A DNA stretch of 39,885 bases from Verrucomicrobiota bacterium (GTDB taxonomy: Bacteria; Verrucomicrobiota; Verrucomicrobiia; Opitutales; Coraliomargaritaceae): NCBI GenBank assembly GCA_039815375.1, contig JBCBZJ010000026.1, positions 1-39,885 of the forward strand, given 5' to 3'. This document shows positions 1 to 9,437 of this stretch, piece by piece. Both the position numbers and the translations under genes were made by a program. The stretch's first letter is position 1; every line of letters begins with the position of its first letter. Below the pieces are notes generated by a model. That model was not told where the DNA came from, ran no database searches, and saw only the letters and a program-made list of their open reading frames with translations.

Positions 1-55
1 AAAAAAGTTTATTGGATCTATGAAGCATTTAAGCGTTCTCCTTTATCTCACTAAA

Positions 56-86
56 TAAAAAAGTGCCCCCTAAACTAGGAGCACTT
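56..86 (-). terminator. Rho-independent terminator downstream of the 1002-aa gene
   Basis: Minus strand reads AAGTGCTCCTAGTTTAGGGGGCACTT-TTTT: a stem with G-U pairs followed by a U tract, ~85 nt after the stop at 171. Confidence 0.7.
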
Positions 87-170
87 CCGCTTTGTAAATC
101 TACGCTTTATGTAAAGTTTTCGTTTTTTCAAAAGCGATCTCGACTTTGAGCCTGCTAGTTAGCCCTAAAA

Positions 171-3100
171 TTAGTGACCACCAAGGCCACCCGTATCATC
201 GTCATTGGCTCTATCTGGAACCGCAGGCGGTGCATCAGAGACATTAATCGTAATCCAACAAATGCGGAAATCTGCTGAAATATGGGCATTCGGCACGATC
301 GTTAAATCACCATCACTCACATACAGATCGCTTACCGTGTGCTGATCATAGTTATTATGGTAGTTAAAGTCTTGAACGTTAAAACCTTCCATAATCAGGG
401 ATTGATCCATACCATTTCGAGCTGAATTAGGGTCTGGGTCCCCCAGTTGGATAGTGATATCGTAATACCCTTCTGGTAATTGAAACTCCCAGTAAGCGCC
501 TCCTGCATAAATCAGCGTGTCCAGCTCTTGGGCAGCATTGATATTCCGTTCCCGTGCGTGGGATGTCACATCCTCAGACCATCCATAACTCCATCCATTC
601 TGTGCGCCATAAGCCGAACCATCATCGACCATGTAGTCATCGGGGACTTCTGCATTCGTCGGTTGAAAATTTATATGGTAGGGAGGCGAAAACGGTAATT
701 GTTGATTCATATCATATATATAGAAGAGCTGGTCGTCTATATTGTCCATCTCAGTCAACTGAGGAATGCCCACCACCCGGCATTCGTCATCATGCACCTG
801 CGTGGGGTAGGAGTGGCCGAGATCTTCGTCATACAAAAAAGAGCGTAAGGCGTATACATCGGTATAGCGTTCATGGTCCACGGGTATTTTCATAAAGAGG
901 CTGGCTCCACCGTTGTAAAGATCGCGCCCATCCCCTGCTGCTCGCAGCTCAAACTTACTGCTGCCATGCCCGTCTCGGATATAAACGGAATTATGATTAC
1001 TTTTGCTGACAAAGGCGACCACGCTCGCCCCCGTTTCATCCAAGATCCACTCATTCATATAAAAGCGCTCCGAGTCGGATGCACCGGTAGGTTCACCGGA
1101 AAGAAAGACTTTAGCGCGCACATTTTTGTCACTATCACCGCGTGTATGCCAGAAGCCACCACGACCAGCCGACTTGACGGCCACTTCAGTGATTTTTGTG
1201 GGATCCCCCAAAGCGGAAAAGTCAAAGTCTGCCGGCCAGGGATAGCCCATTTCATCAAGCATAAGCGGCTCTGCACGCGTATCACCAGTCTCAGTTCCGG
1301 TTATAGTCCGTTCGATTCCCGTGTCCTGGCTTTCATCCGTAGGCGATATGAACTCGCCATTCGGATCAGTCGTCGGAGTCTCAGGAGCGGGGGCATAGTT
1401 AGGGATATCCGGAGTTAAAGGATCACCACCACTTTGACCCTGAACATTCAGGAAAAAGCCATCCCTAGGATCACCGAAGCTATAAGACTCTAGGAGGTTA
1501 TTGGAAGCATCTGCTGTAGCTTGGAAATGCCCGTGATCTGTTGAGGTAACATAACGAACACGTGAGTCCCTCCTGCTTTTAGCTCGTTGCTCTATACTAC
1601 TCACTAGAGAAGCCAGCATAGATTCTCGATGTAATTCACGAGGGTAAAGCTGCGGGTCCAATCTGGAGAAGCTATACTCAAAATAATCCATCTTAAAACG
1701 TTGGCGCACATTGATATTACGAAATTTTACGCCGACTTCTGTCTGGCCCGCTAGATCGACAGAAATTGATGGTGCTCTCCCTTTATCAATGACATTCATA
1801 AGTGACAGCTCAGCAAAGGCGATAGCAAAATAAGCTGATACATTAGAATCAAGCTTTGGCTCTGACGTGAGAGCTATCTTAGGTTTAACACCAAATTTAA
1901 AGACGCACTCTGAGTTCACAAAATCTATAACACTTACACCATAACCAATCGGCATAGTCATTCCTGGGAGGTCATCATCTGAAGCAGTAACAGAAAATGC
2001 CAATGGCACCTCAAATTTAATACTCGCCGTTCTATCTAGATCGACGTTATTAGCTTTCATAGCTGAAATTACCAGCGCTCCCGTAGTCCCCCCAAATTCT
2101 GCCAAGAAATCACCTAACCCATAAGCCCACGAAGGTTTTATAGCAAACTCTAGGCTTGTAAAAGTCGTGAAATGACTATTGTCATTCTCTACGAGCGTTC
2201 GCCCCGCTGTGAGAGCTATACGAACTGTCATCTTCGGACAGCTTATCGGTGACTCTTCGCTAGCCTCAAAAAGATCAAACTCGAGTGCATATCTCGTGTT
2301 TGCAGCGAAAATAGGTATGGAAGAAGAGCTTAGCGCGTATTGAGATTCCTCGAGCGTATAATATTTGATCTTTTCGGGAGCCCCTACTGGATGTGAATAC
2401 AATAAGCGTATTGAGGAGTCAGTAGCCTGAGCACCCTGCGAGGAATAATTTGCATTACTGGCAGATGCTAGTAATCGCAGGAATTCCTCTACTATGCTGT
2501 TAAAAAACGTATCATTTTGAACAAGCGAAGCCGCATCATCGAGAAATCCCATGATCTCATCCTCCGCCATGTCTACATAATACGATCCAATGTCCGTAGC
2601 CCTATCTCTAGCAAGACTGAGCCACTGCCCTGGATCCAGAGAATCGAATTGATCTTTCAGATTGTTAATTTCATTTGCAGCGAGAGCCTCCGCATCTTCT
2701 GCAGCATGAGCGATGTCATAGGCATAGTCACCCATGGTGGCCACTACGGACTCCAACTCCGAAGCATCGAGCACGAACTTTCCCGCTTCTGTATAGAAGT
2801 GAAGTAAGTCATCGCCGACGTGTTCTATATGCTTGAGCTGTGTTTCTGCTATATGTTCAGCACTCTGAATCTCGGAAGTAATGCGGGCATATTCTTCCGC
2901 GCTCAAATGATCAAGAAAGTCTATAGAATCTTCCCATGCTTCTCGGCCAACATTATTGTATACGCTGGAATAGGCATCTTCGCCAATCTCCACAACATCG
3001 TGCACCACGTGGTTAACCGTGTTTTTAGCCTTTTTCCACAAAGACCTAGCCTGGCAATCTGTTGCAGTGGAAAAAATAGCGAGCGCAAGCCCTATCACTA

Positions 3101-3179
3101 AAATTACAAATTTGGAAAGGGAATGACCCCCCAAAGAAATCAATAAGATGGAATGTCTGTGTTTGTGGTCTTTTTTCAT
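171..3179 (-). CDS. Large secreted multidomain protein: helical N-terminus, possible fascin/beta-trefoil region, C-terminal galactose-binding-like (CBM-type) domain
   Basis: 1002-aa ORF with a hydrophobic signal-like segment (FVILVIGLALAIFSTATDCQA). The C-terminal HINFQP..VPDDYMVDDGSAYG.QNGWSYGW..WEFQLPEGYYDITIQLGDP pattern is typical of galactose-binding-like modules. Visibly AT-richer than neighbouring genes. Confidence 0.7.
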   Translation of the reverse strand: MKKDHKHRHSILLISLGGHSLSKFVILVIGLALAIFSTATDCQARSLWKKAKNTVNHVVHDVVEIGEDAYSSVYNNVGREAWEDSIDFLDHLSAEEYARITSEIQSAEHIAETQLKHIEHVGDDLLHFYTEAGKFVLDASELESVVATMGDYAYDIAHAAEDAEALAANEINNLKDQFDSLDPGQWLSLARDRATDIGSYYVDMAEDEIMGFLDDAASLVQNDTFFNSIVEEFLRLLASASNANYSSQGAQATDSSIRLLYSHPVGAPEKIKYYTLEESQYALSSSSIPIFAANTRYALEFDLFEASEESPISCPKMTVRIALTAGRTLVENDNSHFTTFTSLEFAIKPSWAYGLGDFLAEFGGTTGALVISAMKANNVDLDRTASIKFEVPLAFSVTASDDDLPGMTMPIGYGVSVIDFVNSECVFKFGVKPKIALTSEPKLDSNVSAYFAIAFAELSLMNVIDKGRAPSISVDLAGQTEVGVKFRNINVRQRFKMDYFEYSFSRLDPQLYPRELHRESMLASLVSSIEQRAKSRRDSRVRYVTSTDHGHFQATADASNNLLESYSFGDPRDGFFLNVQGQSGGDPLTPDIPNYAPAPETPTTDPNGEFISPTDESQDTGIERTITGTETGDTRAEPLMLDEMGYPWPADFDFSALGDPTKITEVAVKSAGRGGFWHTRGDSDKNVRAKVFLSGEPTGASDSERFYMNEWILDETGASVVAFVSKSNHNSVYIRDGHGSSKFELRAAGDGRDLYNGGASLFMKIPVDHERYTDVYALRSFLYDEDLGHSYPTQVHDDECRVVGIPQLTEMDNIDDQLFYIYDMNQQLPFSPPYHINFQPTNAEVPDDYMVDDGSAYGAQNGWSYGWSEDVTSHARERNINAAQELDTLIYAGGAYWEFQLPEGYYDITIQLGDPDPNSARNGMDQSLIMEGFNVQDFNYHNNYDQHTVSDLYVSDGDLTIVPNAHISADFRICWITINVSDAPPAVPDRANDDDTGGLGGH

Positions 3180-3567
3180 AACTAAAAGCCCATTCTAAAG
3201 AATCATTATGTCTATCTAGCTCCATTTGCGTAACATTTAGGCTTCTTCTGTTAAAAAGTTAGAAATAGATCGAATACGACATAGTCGGATTTCTCTTCAC
3301 TCGCGGCTTCGTAAGCATCGATCGGTTAATGGCCTGAGTGCTTAATCAAATCGACCAAAGAGAACTGTTGGCCTTCCCGGTTTCGAAACATTGGGCTCAT
3401 CTCTGTTTTGGCCTCAGCTAATCGGAGGAAATCCGCTAAATTAATCCCTGCGAATGGTTGGAAAATTCGGCCAAAGGCTCGTAATTGCTGTGGAGTTTAT
3501 GGTGAGGGCTTTGTTTTGACTAAAGCTGCGACTTTGCTACATTAGTAGGTTTAGTAATTTCCCATAC

Positions 3568-4539
3568 ATGAAGGCTGTCATATGGGGCTCTTGTGGCTCG
3601 CTACCCTCTCCTGCATCAACTGCAACTATACGCAAAAAGCTTGTGGGGGTGTTGTGGGGTGCCAAGGGCATGAAGTTTGAGAGCGAATCCGAGATCGAAA
3701 ATTACCTCGATTCCCTACCCCACAGCGCCAGCGGAACGTATAAAGCCAACACATCCTGCGTGCAGATTTTAACTCGTTCCAAAGAAGTGATTCTGTGCGA
3801 TGCAGGCACCGGTATACGTGACTTTGCTCTCTCAATTGGCCCGGATGCTGCCCCGGCAACCTATCATATTTTCATCTCCCACCTTCATTGGGACCATATT
3901 CAGGGATTTCCATTTTTCAGCCCTGCCTACAAACCGGGAAACCGCATTATCTTCCATGGTTTTCATAAAAAAATCGAGTCTGCGATTCGGTCACAAATGG
4001 AAGCCCCCTGCTTTCCTGTTCCTTTTGAAGCGATGCTGGCGGATATTGAATTCGATATAAAACACGAGGGCGCGACCTTCGATGTGGACGGGATACATGT
4101 AAAAACGATCAAGCAACAACACCCGGGGGATTCCTGGGGTTACCGATTCGAGGAAAACGGGAAAAGCATCATCTTTTCCACCGACTCGGAGCACGGACCC
4201 GAGGCCCGCGACGAAGGGTATCCCTTTGTTGATTTCTTCAAATCTGCAGATGTCCTCATCTTTGACGGTCAATATACCTTTGAAGAGGCCACCAACGACA
4301 AACGCAACTGGGGACACTCGGACCATATGACAGCCGTCGAGCTCGCAGCACGAGCTAAGGCAAGGCAACTTATCGTCTTCCATCATGAGCCCGGTTATTC
4401 GGATGAACTGATTGAAGAAATCCATGAATATGCGCTGCGCTACAGGAATGATTTCAATGAATATGCCTTTCCCGATGGCAGTCAGCATTACCCGGTTAAT
4501 TTAATTCTGGCCTACGACGGCTTAACTATTGATGCCTGA
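3568..4539 (+). CDS. MBL-fold metallo-hydrolase (RNase Z/PhnP-like)
   Basis: SHLHWDHIQG (HxHxDH), CDAGTG, HPG, TDSEH, WGHS and FHHEP motifs. Confidence 0.9.
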   Translation: MKAVIWGSCGSLPSPASTATIRKKLVGVLWGAKGMKFESESEIENYLDSLPHSASGTYKANTSCVQILTRSKEVILCDAGTGIRDFALSIGPDAAPATYHIFISHLHWDHIQGFPFFSPAYKPGNRIIFHGFHKKIESAIRSQMEAPCFPVPFEAMLADIEFDIKHEGATFDVDGIHVKTIKQQHPGDSWGYRFEENGKSIIFSTDSEHGPEARDEGYPFVDFFKSADVLIFDGQYTFEEATNDKRNWGHSDHMTAVELAARAKARQLIVFHHEPGYSDELIEEIHEYALRYRNDFNEYAFPDGSQHYPVNLILAYDGLTIDA

Positions 4540-5140
4540 ACTTATGCCCGAGCAACCAGTCGCCAAGAGAATCTCCAAGCTCGAGATCAACGAACTGCCA
4601 CTCATTCAGTGGAACGGGGATATTCAAGTTCTCGATACAGTCGACGCAATGCAGTCTGCAGTCGAACATCTGTCTAAAGAACTCCATCTGGGCTTCGACA
4701 CAGAGACGAGGCCTACTTTCAAAAAGGGGCAATACTATCCTCCTGCCCTGGTCCAACTCGCGAGTTCGAATTGTGTATACCTTTTTCGTATCAGTAAAAC
4801 GAATACGCTGAAACCTCTTTTTCCGATCCTGGAATCTGAGGATATTATCAAGACCGGAGTCGCCATCAAGGATGACGTGAAGGAGCTTCAGGCATTTGAA
4901 GATTTCAATCCGGGTGGCTTTATTGAAATAACCGAAATCACTGCAAAACTCGGCTATGATAACCGCGGCCTTCGTCCGCTGGCTGGCCTACTTATGGAAG
5001 GGCGTATCAGCAAAGCTGCCCAAGTCTCAAACTGGGCCCGTTCCGACCTGGAAGAAAAACAAATCCGCTATGCGGCGACCGACGCTTGGGTGAGCCGGGA
5101 ACTTTATATCCGCGCAATCCGAGAAGCAACAGAGGCTTAA
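4532..5140 (+). CDS. 3'-5' exonuclease, DEDDy/WRN-exo type
   Basis: GFDTETRP (ExoI), KDD (ExoII), SNW...YAATDAW (ExoIII). Overlaps the stop of the upstream gene. Start is ATG 4532 or 4544. Confidence 0.9.
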   Translation: MPELMPEQPVAKRISKLEINELPLIQWNGDIQVLDTVDAMQSAVEHLSKELHLGFDTETRPTFKKGQYYPPALVQLASSNCVYLFRISKTNTLKPLFPILESEDIIKTGVAIKDDVKELQAFEDFNPGGFIEITEITAKLGYDNRGLRPLAGLLMEGRISKAAQVSNWARSDLEEKQIRYAATDAWVSRELYIRAIREATEA

Positions 5141-6105
5141 TTTTGCTCGGTGAATTCGCCCAGGTTGCGAAAGCGTTGATACCGGTCTTCCAGTAGTTTT
5201 GTGACGCTCTTTTTCTGCAGCTTGGTGAGTGACTTTTTGATCACAGCCTTCAGCGCATCTGCTGCCACATCATAGTCGCGATGGGCACCACCCATCGGCT
5301 CAGAGACGACCTGGTCGACGACTCCAAACTTGAGTAAATGCTCCGGGCTGAATTTGAGGGCCTCAGCTGCTTGCGGCGCAGCAGCCCGGTCTTTCCAAAG
5401 AATTGCAGCACAGCCTTCCGGAGAAATTACAGAATAGTAGCCGTTTTCCAAAATCATAACCTCATCAGCCACCGCCATACCGAGCGCGCCCCCACTGCCA
5501 CCCTCGCCAATAACTACGGTGATGATTGGCACTTTGAGCACACTCATATCGCGAATGTTTACTGCGATCGCCTCGGCAACATGCCGCTCTTCGGCACCGA
5601 TCCCAGGATAGGCCCCTGGAGTATCAATCAGAGTGATGATCGGCATCTTGAACTTTGCCGCCATCTCCATCAGACGCATCGCCTTCCGATAGCCCTCAGG
5701 ATGCGGGCAGCCGAAGTTGCGCTTCAAATTCTCTTTCGTATTTCGACCCTTCTGCTGGCCAATTACCATGACCGGATTCCCATCCAGAAAAGCCGGTCCA
5801 CCGACAATCGCCGCATCTTCGCGAAAACGACGGTCGCCATGAAGCTCCTCAAAGTCAGTGAAAATACGCGCAATGTAGTCGAGCGAGTAAGGCCGTTTAG
5901 GGTGACGAGAAAGTTGAACTCGCTGCCAGGCAGTGATGTTCAAATAGATTTCAGCCTTTGTCTGTTCGATTTTAGCTTCGATCGCTTCGATCTCACTTTG
6001 CACGTCCACCTTCGACTCTTTGGAGACGGTGTGCAGCGTTTCCAACTGCTTCTCCAACTCGCGCAGCGGCTTTTCAAATTCAAGCGTATAAGTCGCATCT
6101 TCCAT
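5137..6105 (-). CDS. accA: Acetyl-CoA carboxylase carboxyltransferase alpha subunit
   Basis: LEFEKP, SRHPKRPY, ELHGDR, PEGYRKA, IDTPGAYPGIGAEER, GEGGSGGAL, YSVISPEGCAAILW. Confidence 0.98.
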   Translation of the reverse strand: MEDATYTLEFEKPLRELEKQLETLHTVSKESKVDVQSEIEAIEAKIEQTKAEIYLNITAWQRVQLSRHPKRPYSLDYIARIFTDFEELHGDRRFREDAAIVGGPAFLDGNPVMVIGQQKGRNTKENLKRNFGCPHPEGYRKAMRLMEMAAKFKMPIITLIDTPGAYPGIGAEERHVAEAIAVNIRDMSVLKVPIITVVIGEGGSGGALGMAVADEVMILENGYYSVISPEGCAAILWKDRAAAPQAAEALKFSPEHLLKFGVVDQVVSEPMGGAHRDYDVAADALKAVIKKSLTKLQKKSVTKLLEDRYQRFRNLGEFTEQN

Positions 6106-6169
6106 ATTGCTCCCGATTTAGGGCCTGCAAAAGAAACCTGTCAATGCCACGAAATATTCGTCCGACAGC

Positions 6170-6526
6170 CTAAATATCGTCTTTTTCGGGTGGTGATTTC
6201 AACTCGTCCTTCCAGCCGAGCATGCGGGCCTGGGCACCGAAATGCTCTGCCTTCTCCTTATCGCCGCGCTCCACCCAAATTCGCGAGAGGCTCGTATTGA
6301 TATGAACATCATCCGGCTTGAGCCCGTGAGCCGTCTCTCCAGCTCGAAGTGCTTTGTCATAATCTGCCTCAGAAAAATAAACCTCCGTCAAAGCGTGCCA
6401 GGCCGCAAAGGCGTCTGGATGCTTCTCGGTCAAGGCGCTAAGCTTCACGATAGCCCCCTCGCTGTCGCCCAGAGTAAAGTCGAGAGTGGCCTCATCGACC
6501 AGGTCTTGCAGTGAAGTTTCGTCCAT
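6170..6526 (-). CDS. Small TPR-repeat protein
   Basis: Helical repeats: HPDAFAAWHALTEVY..YDKALRAG..KPDDVHINTSLSRIW. Confidence 0.8.
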   Translation of the reverse strand: MDETSLQDLVDEATLDFTLGDSEGAIVKLSALTEKHPDAFAAWHALTEVYFSEADYDKALRAGETAHGLKPDDVHINTSLSRIWVERGDKEKAEHFGAQARMLGWKDELKSPPEKDDI

Positions 6527-6588
6527 TGGGTGTTTTAGGTTGCTCTGATTCAGAGCGAGTCTTGAGTGGGCAGAGACTTACTTCAGCT

Positions 6589-7293
6589 ATGCCCGACCCG
6601 CAAATCGAAAAGCTTCTTATTGTTCAGGACCGCGACACTGCGTTGCAAAGAATCGAGCAGGAACTGGCCCGCATTCCCCAGGAGCGGTCCAAAATCAAAG
6701 CGTTGATTGAGACTGAAAAGCAAAATATCGAAGAGGCCAATCAGTCGCTCAAAGAAAAGGAAGTGCAGCGGAACGAGCTCGACACCGAGGTGAAAGCGAA
6801 AGAGTCCGAAGTCGCGCGCTTCAAAAATCAACAACTGGAAGTTAAAAAGAACGAGGAATATCGTGCCCTGACCCAGCAAATCGAACAGGCTGAGGCAGAA
6901 ATCTCCGCACTTGAAGAAAAAGAGATCGAACTGATGCTGGAGATCGATACCACCCGCGAGGCCTTCGAGGAAGAGAAAAGCAAAATCGAGAGTCGTATAT
7001 CAGATCAGCACGAGCAGATCAAAAAGCTCGGCGAACGAGAGCAAAATTTAAAGGGCTCAATCCATGTTGCAGATGCTGCACTTAAGGAAGCGCGCGTTGG
7101 TGTCGATGCCAACTACCTTGAGAGCTACGATCATGCAAAGAAGCTCACAAAGCGTGCCCCCTACATTGTGCCGATCCGAGACCACAAGTGCGGAGGGTGC
7201 CATCTACGAGTTTCGAACGAAGTCTCCCGGGGAGCGATGGATGCCGGCGAACCCCATTTCTGCGACCAGTGCTCACGAATGGTCTACGCCTAG
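6589..7293 (+). CDS. Coiled-coil plus C4 zinc-ribbon protein (zf-RING_7 / CT398-CdsZ-like family)
   Basis: Long coiled coil with VKKNEEYRAL, then CGGCH...CDQCSRMVY. ATG 6589 is preferred over the ORF-track GTG 6511, which overlaps the divergent gene. Confidence 0.9.
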   Translation: MPDPQIEKLLIVQDRDTALQRIEQELARIPQERSKIKALIETEKQNIEEANQSLKEKEVQRNELDTEVKAKESEVARFKNQQLEVKKNEEYRALTQQIEQAEAEISALEEKEIELMLEIDTTREAFEEEKSKIESRISDQHEQIKKLGEREQNLKGSIHVADAALKEARVGVDANYLESYDHAKKLTKRAPYIVPIRDHKCGGCHLRVSNEVSRGAMDAGEPHFCDQCSRMVYA

Positions 7294-7334
7294 TATCTGA
7301 ATAGCATGGCGATTCAACACGCCTTACCTGCTCA

Positions 7335-7413
<79 letters not shown>

Positions 7414-7539
7414 TTGTAAAGCAGGCAATCTGTGGGTGCCTTCCCAGCTTGCAAGCAAATCTCCGAGCATCGGATACGATGTTTCCGACTCCGCTTCACG
7501 GATCGGGGTTGTCGCCTTTCGATTACCTCAAGGCTCGAA

Positions 7540-7566
7540 TCTATCCAACTTAGCTACGCCCACATT
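7540..7566 (-). repeat. Partial duplicate of the tRNA-Arg 5' segment (att-core-like)
   Basis: tctatccaacttagctacgcccacatt matches 7388-7414 (tctatccaactgagctacgcccacatt) at 26/27 positions. Confidence 0.9.
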
Positions 7567-7607
7567 CAGTGTTTATGCGGATTCCAGCGCTATTGCCTTG
7601 AATTCTA

Positions 7608-7631
7608 CTATACGGCTTTTCTATACACTTT
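7608..7631 (+). repeat. 24-bp direct repeat, copy 1 (tandem CTATAC motifs; integrase arm-site-like)
   Basis: ctatacggcttttctatacacttt is identical to 8999-9022. Both copies are followed shortly by AGAAAT. Confidence 0.9.
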
Positions 7632-7638
7632 TGCAGAA

Positions 7639-7911
7639 ATGAGGCGAAAAGAGGCAAGGAAAGCCGACTTGAGTTCAAAAGCACAAGGCAAGAAGCCCGC
7701 GTCCATGTGGAGGCGAACGGCGGCCCAAAACCTTTTCCAGAATACAACATCGGGAATCTTCAATGCGCGGTATCGTGCGCTTGGCAAGATTCGTTGGCAG
7801 TCACTTCGCACAAAGTCGCTTAAGGTGGCTCACTCGAAGCTCCGGGTGGTGCTAGCCAGTGCGGACTCGGTTCGGCAAAGTCGGGCGAATATGGAGGGTG
7901 GTAATGCGTAG
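7639..7911 (+). pseudogene. Truncated tyrosine-integrase N-terminal (arm-binding) fragment
   Basis: WRRTAAQNLFQNTTSGIFNARYRALGKIRWQSLRTKSLKVAHSKL resembles the N-terminal beta domain of verrucomicrobial phage-type integrases. It stops after ~90 codons with no catalytic domain and lies directly after the att-like repeats. Confidence 0.6.
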
Positions 7912-7990
7912 CACGAGGAAAGGAGGAACTCGTCTGGATTGGAAGGTTGCCAGTGATGCCTCACTGCTTGCGTTGAAGCTTAGAGGTCGG

Positions 7991-8242
7991 CTAGAACGCC
8001 TCTAGCTTGTTTCTTAAGCATTCCACGTCTCTACGCCAGTAGCGTTTCGTATTGGGTATTCGAAAGATATTCCCAGAATCTAGGTGTAGAACTGTGAACT
8101 TAGAGTAGGAGATACCGAGAATCTTGGCGGCCTCTAGTCCCGTAACTTTTGGCTGTGTCTCTGCCTGAATCGCAGCTAAAACTTTCTGCGTTATCAGGTC
8201 GGCAAGAGCGTGCTCGCGTTCTGTTAGGATGACCTTTGCCAT
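7991..8242 (-). CDS. Small HTH DNA-binding protein, excisionase-like
   Basis: 83 aa; VTGLEAAKILGISYSKF...RYWRRDVE follows the HTH_17/Xis pattern. Confidence 0.65.
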   Translation of the reverse strand: MAKVILTEREHALADLITQKVLAAIQAETQPKVTGLEAAKILGISYSKFTVLHLDSGNIFRIPNTKRYWRRDVECLRNKLEAF

Positions 8243-8273
8243 ACGATACCTTGCGTTGATCTAGCCTGTGACT

Positions 8274-8561
8274 TTAGACGCACTCAAGGACCGTCTCTGG
8301 GTGCTTGTTGGCAACTTTGAGTAGCAGGTGTGCGGCTGGGCTGGGCGCGCGGGTGCCTTGCTCCCAACTCCGAACAGTGGACACTGAGGTTTCAAGTGTG
8401 TCGGCAAATTGCTGCTGTGTCATGTTGAGCTTTTCGCGGGCACTCTTGGCAAGATTGGGGCCTTCTAGCACGCGCACGCGCCCTGGGACCATTTCTCCCT
8501 TCATGACGGCTTTGGCTTGCTTGACGGATTCGACGAGACGGTTGAATTCTATTTCTTCCAT
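8274..8561 (-). CDS. higA: HigA-type Xre-HTH antitoxin
   Basis: AREKLNMTQQQFADTLETSVSTVRSWEQGTRAPSPAAHLLL. ATG 8561 is preceded by AGGAG and lies just downstream of the toxin gene. Confidence 0.88.
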   Translation of the reverse strand: MEEIEFNRLVESVKQAKAVMKGEMVPGRVRVLEGPNLAKSAREKLNMTQQQFADTLETSVSTVRSWEQGTRAPSPAAHLLLKVANKHPETVLECV

Positions 8562-8571
8562 GATGATGCTC

Positions 8572-8874
8572 CTATTCGATGATGTTTTTGAGGACTTTGA
8601 GTTGTGCTGCTGTGAGATTGCCTTGGTTGCTCTTGGCATAAAGGTGAGTGAGTAAGATCGAGTCTCCTGTGATAAGGTAGTAGATGACACGGAAGCCCCC
8701 GCTCTTGCCGCTACCTTGTCTTGCCATACGGACTTTGCGAAATCCTCCGCTCCCTTGGATGAGGGCTCCTTTGGTGGGGTCTTGTATGAGTTCCTTTTGT
8801 AACTCTACCAGCTCGGCCTCCGCGCTATGCTTCTGGATGTCAGCTGTAAAGTTTGGAGTTTCAATGAAAACCAC
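8572..8874 (-). CDS. higB: RelE/HigB-2-family toxin
   Basis: VFIETPNF..LQKELIQDPTKGALIQGSGGFRKVRMARQGSGKSGGFRVIYY..LYAKSNQGNLT, in toxin-first gene order. Confidence 0.9.
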   Translation of the reverse strand: MVFIETPNFTADIQKHSAEAELVELQKELIQDPTKGALIQGSGGFRKVRMARQGSGKSGGFRVIYYLITGDSILLTHLYAKSNQGNLTAAQLKVLKNIIE

Positions 8875-8880
8875 AATCCA

Positions 8881-8936
8881 CAGCTAACACAAAGTGATAC
8901 TTCGTCAATGCCAAAACTAACACTTTGTGTTAGTTG
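8881..8936. promoter_or_regulatory. Paired palindromic operators upstream of higBA
   Basis: Perfect palindrome AACTAACAC-TTT-GTGTTAGTT (8915-8935) and an imperfect copy CTAACAC-AAA-GTGATAC (8884-8900). A minus-strand TTGACG lies between them. Confidence 0.75.
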
Positions 8937-8998
8937 AGACTCTTAATGGTGGCTAGCATAACGTCTACTTAGTGATCTTTATCGATCTGCAGGCATTT

Positions 8999-9022
8999 CT
9001 ATACGGCTTTTCTATACACTTT
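8999..9022 (+). repeat. 24-bp direct repeat, copy 2
   Basis: Identical to 7608-7631. Confidence 0.9.
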
Positions 9023-9077
9023 CGAGAAATTGGCGTGAGCTTGACGCCCGTGAAAGGCTTTGGTCAAAGCACAGGCT

Positions 9078-9437
9078 ATGATCAAAAAAGTTCACGAAAT
9101 CGTCCCCGAGATCGCAGAAAACGTTCGAGGCGGGAACGGCACTGTTTCTGCCCATAAGCTACTGGGGTTCTTTCCAGGAAGTGCGATCCAAAGCCTCGGC
9201 ATCGTCCGACTCGAGCCGGGTGCCAGCATCGGCGATCATTCGCACGAAGGCGACGAAGACTTTTACTACTGCCTGTCCGGGTCTGGAGTCGTCGTCGACA
9301 ACGGTGTCGAATACCCCTTCACCCCCGGCACCCTGCAAATTGCACGAAGTGGAGACTCACAGGCCCTTCGCAATACGGGCGAAACGGAACTCGTTTTTCT
9401 CGGAGCACTGGTCCGCACGATAGAGACGAAAAGTTAG
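9078..9437 (+). CDS. Cupin-domain protein
   Basis: LEPGASIGDHSHEGDEDFYYCLSGSG..LRNTGETELVF. Start taken at ATG 9078. Confidence 0.9.
   Translation: MIKKVHEIVPEIAENVRGGNGTVSAHKLLGFFPGSAIQSLGIVRLEPGASIGDHSHEGDEDFYYCLSGSGVVVDNGVEYPFTPGTLQIARSGDSQALRNTGETELVFLGALVRTIETKS

Larger units (their letters stand above)
7540..9022. mobile_element. Decayed tRNA-associated integrative islet (integrase remnant, Xis-like HTH, HigBA-type TA)
   Basis: tRNA fragment, 24-bp direct repeats at 7608 and 8999, truncated integrase N-terminus, small HTH gene and TA pair, all lying between housekeeping genes. Confidence 0.75.

Noticed and set aside
3568..5140. MBL hydrolase plus 3'-5' exonuclease as a defence nuclease pair
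   Set aside because: Both are common housekeeping-type families with host-like composition and no mobility or defence context
5338..6300. 320-aa plus-strand ORF
   Set aside because: Antisense to accA and the TPR gene; Arg/His-rich composition typical of a non-coding frame
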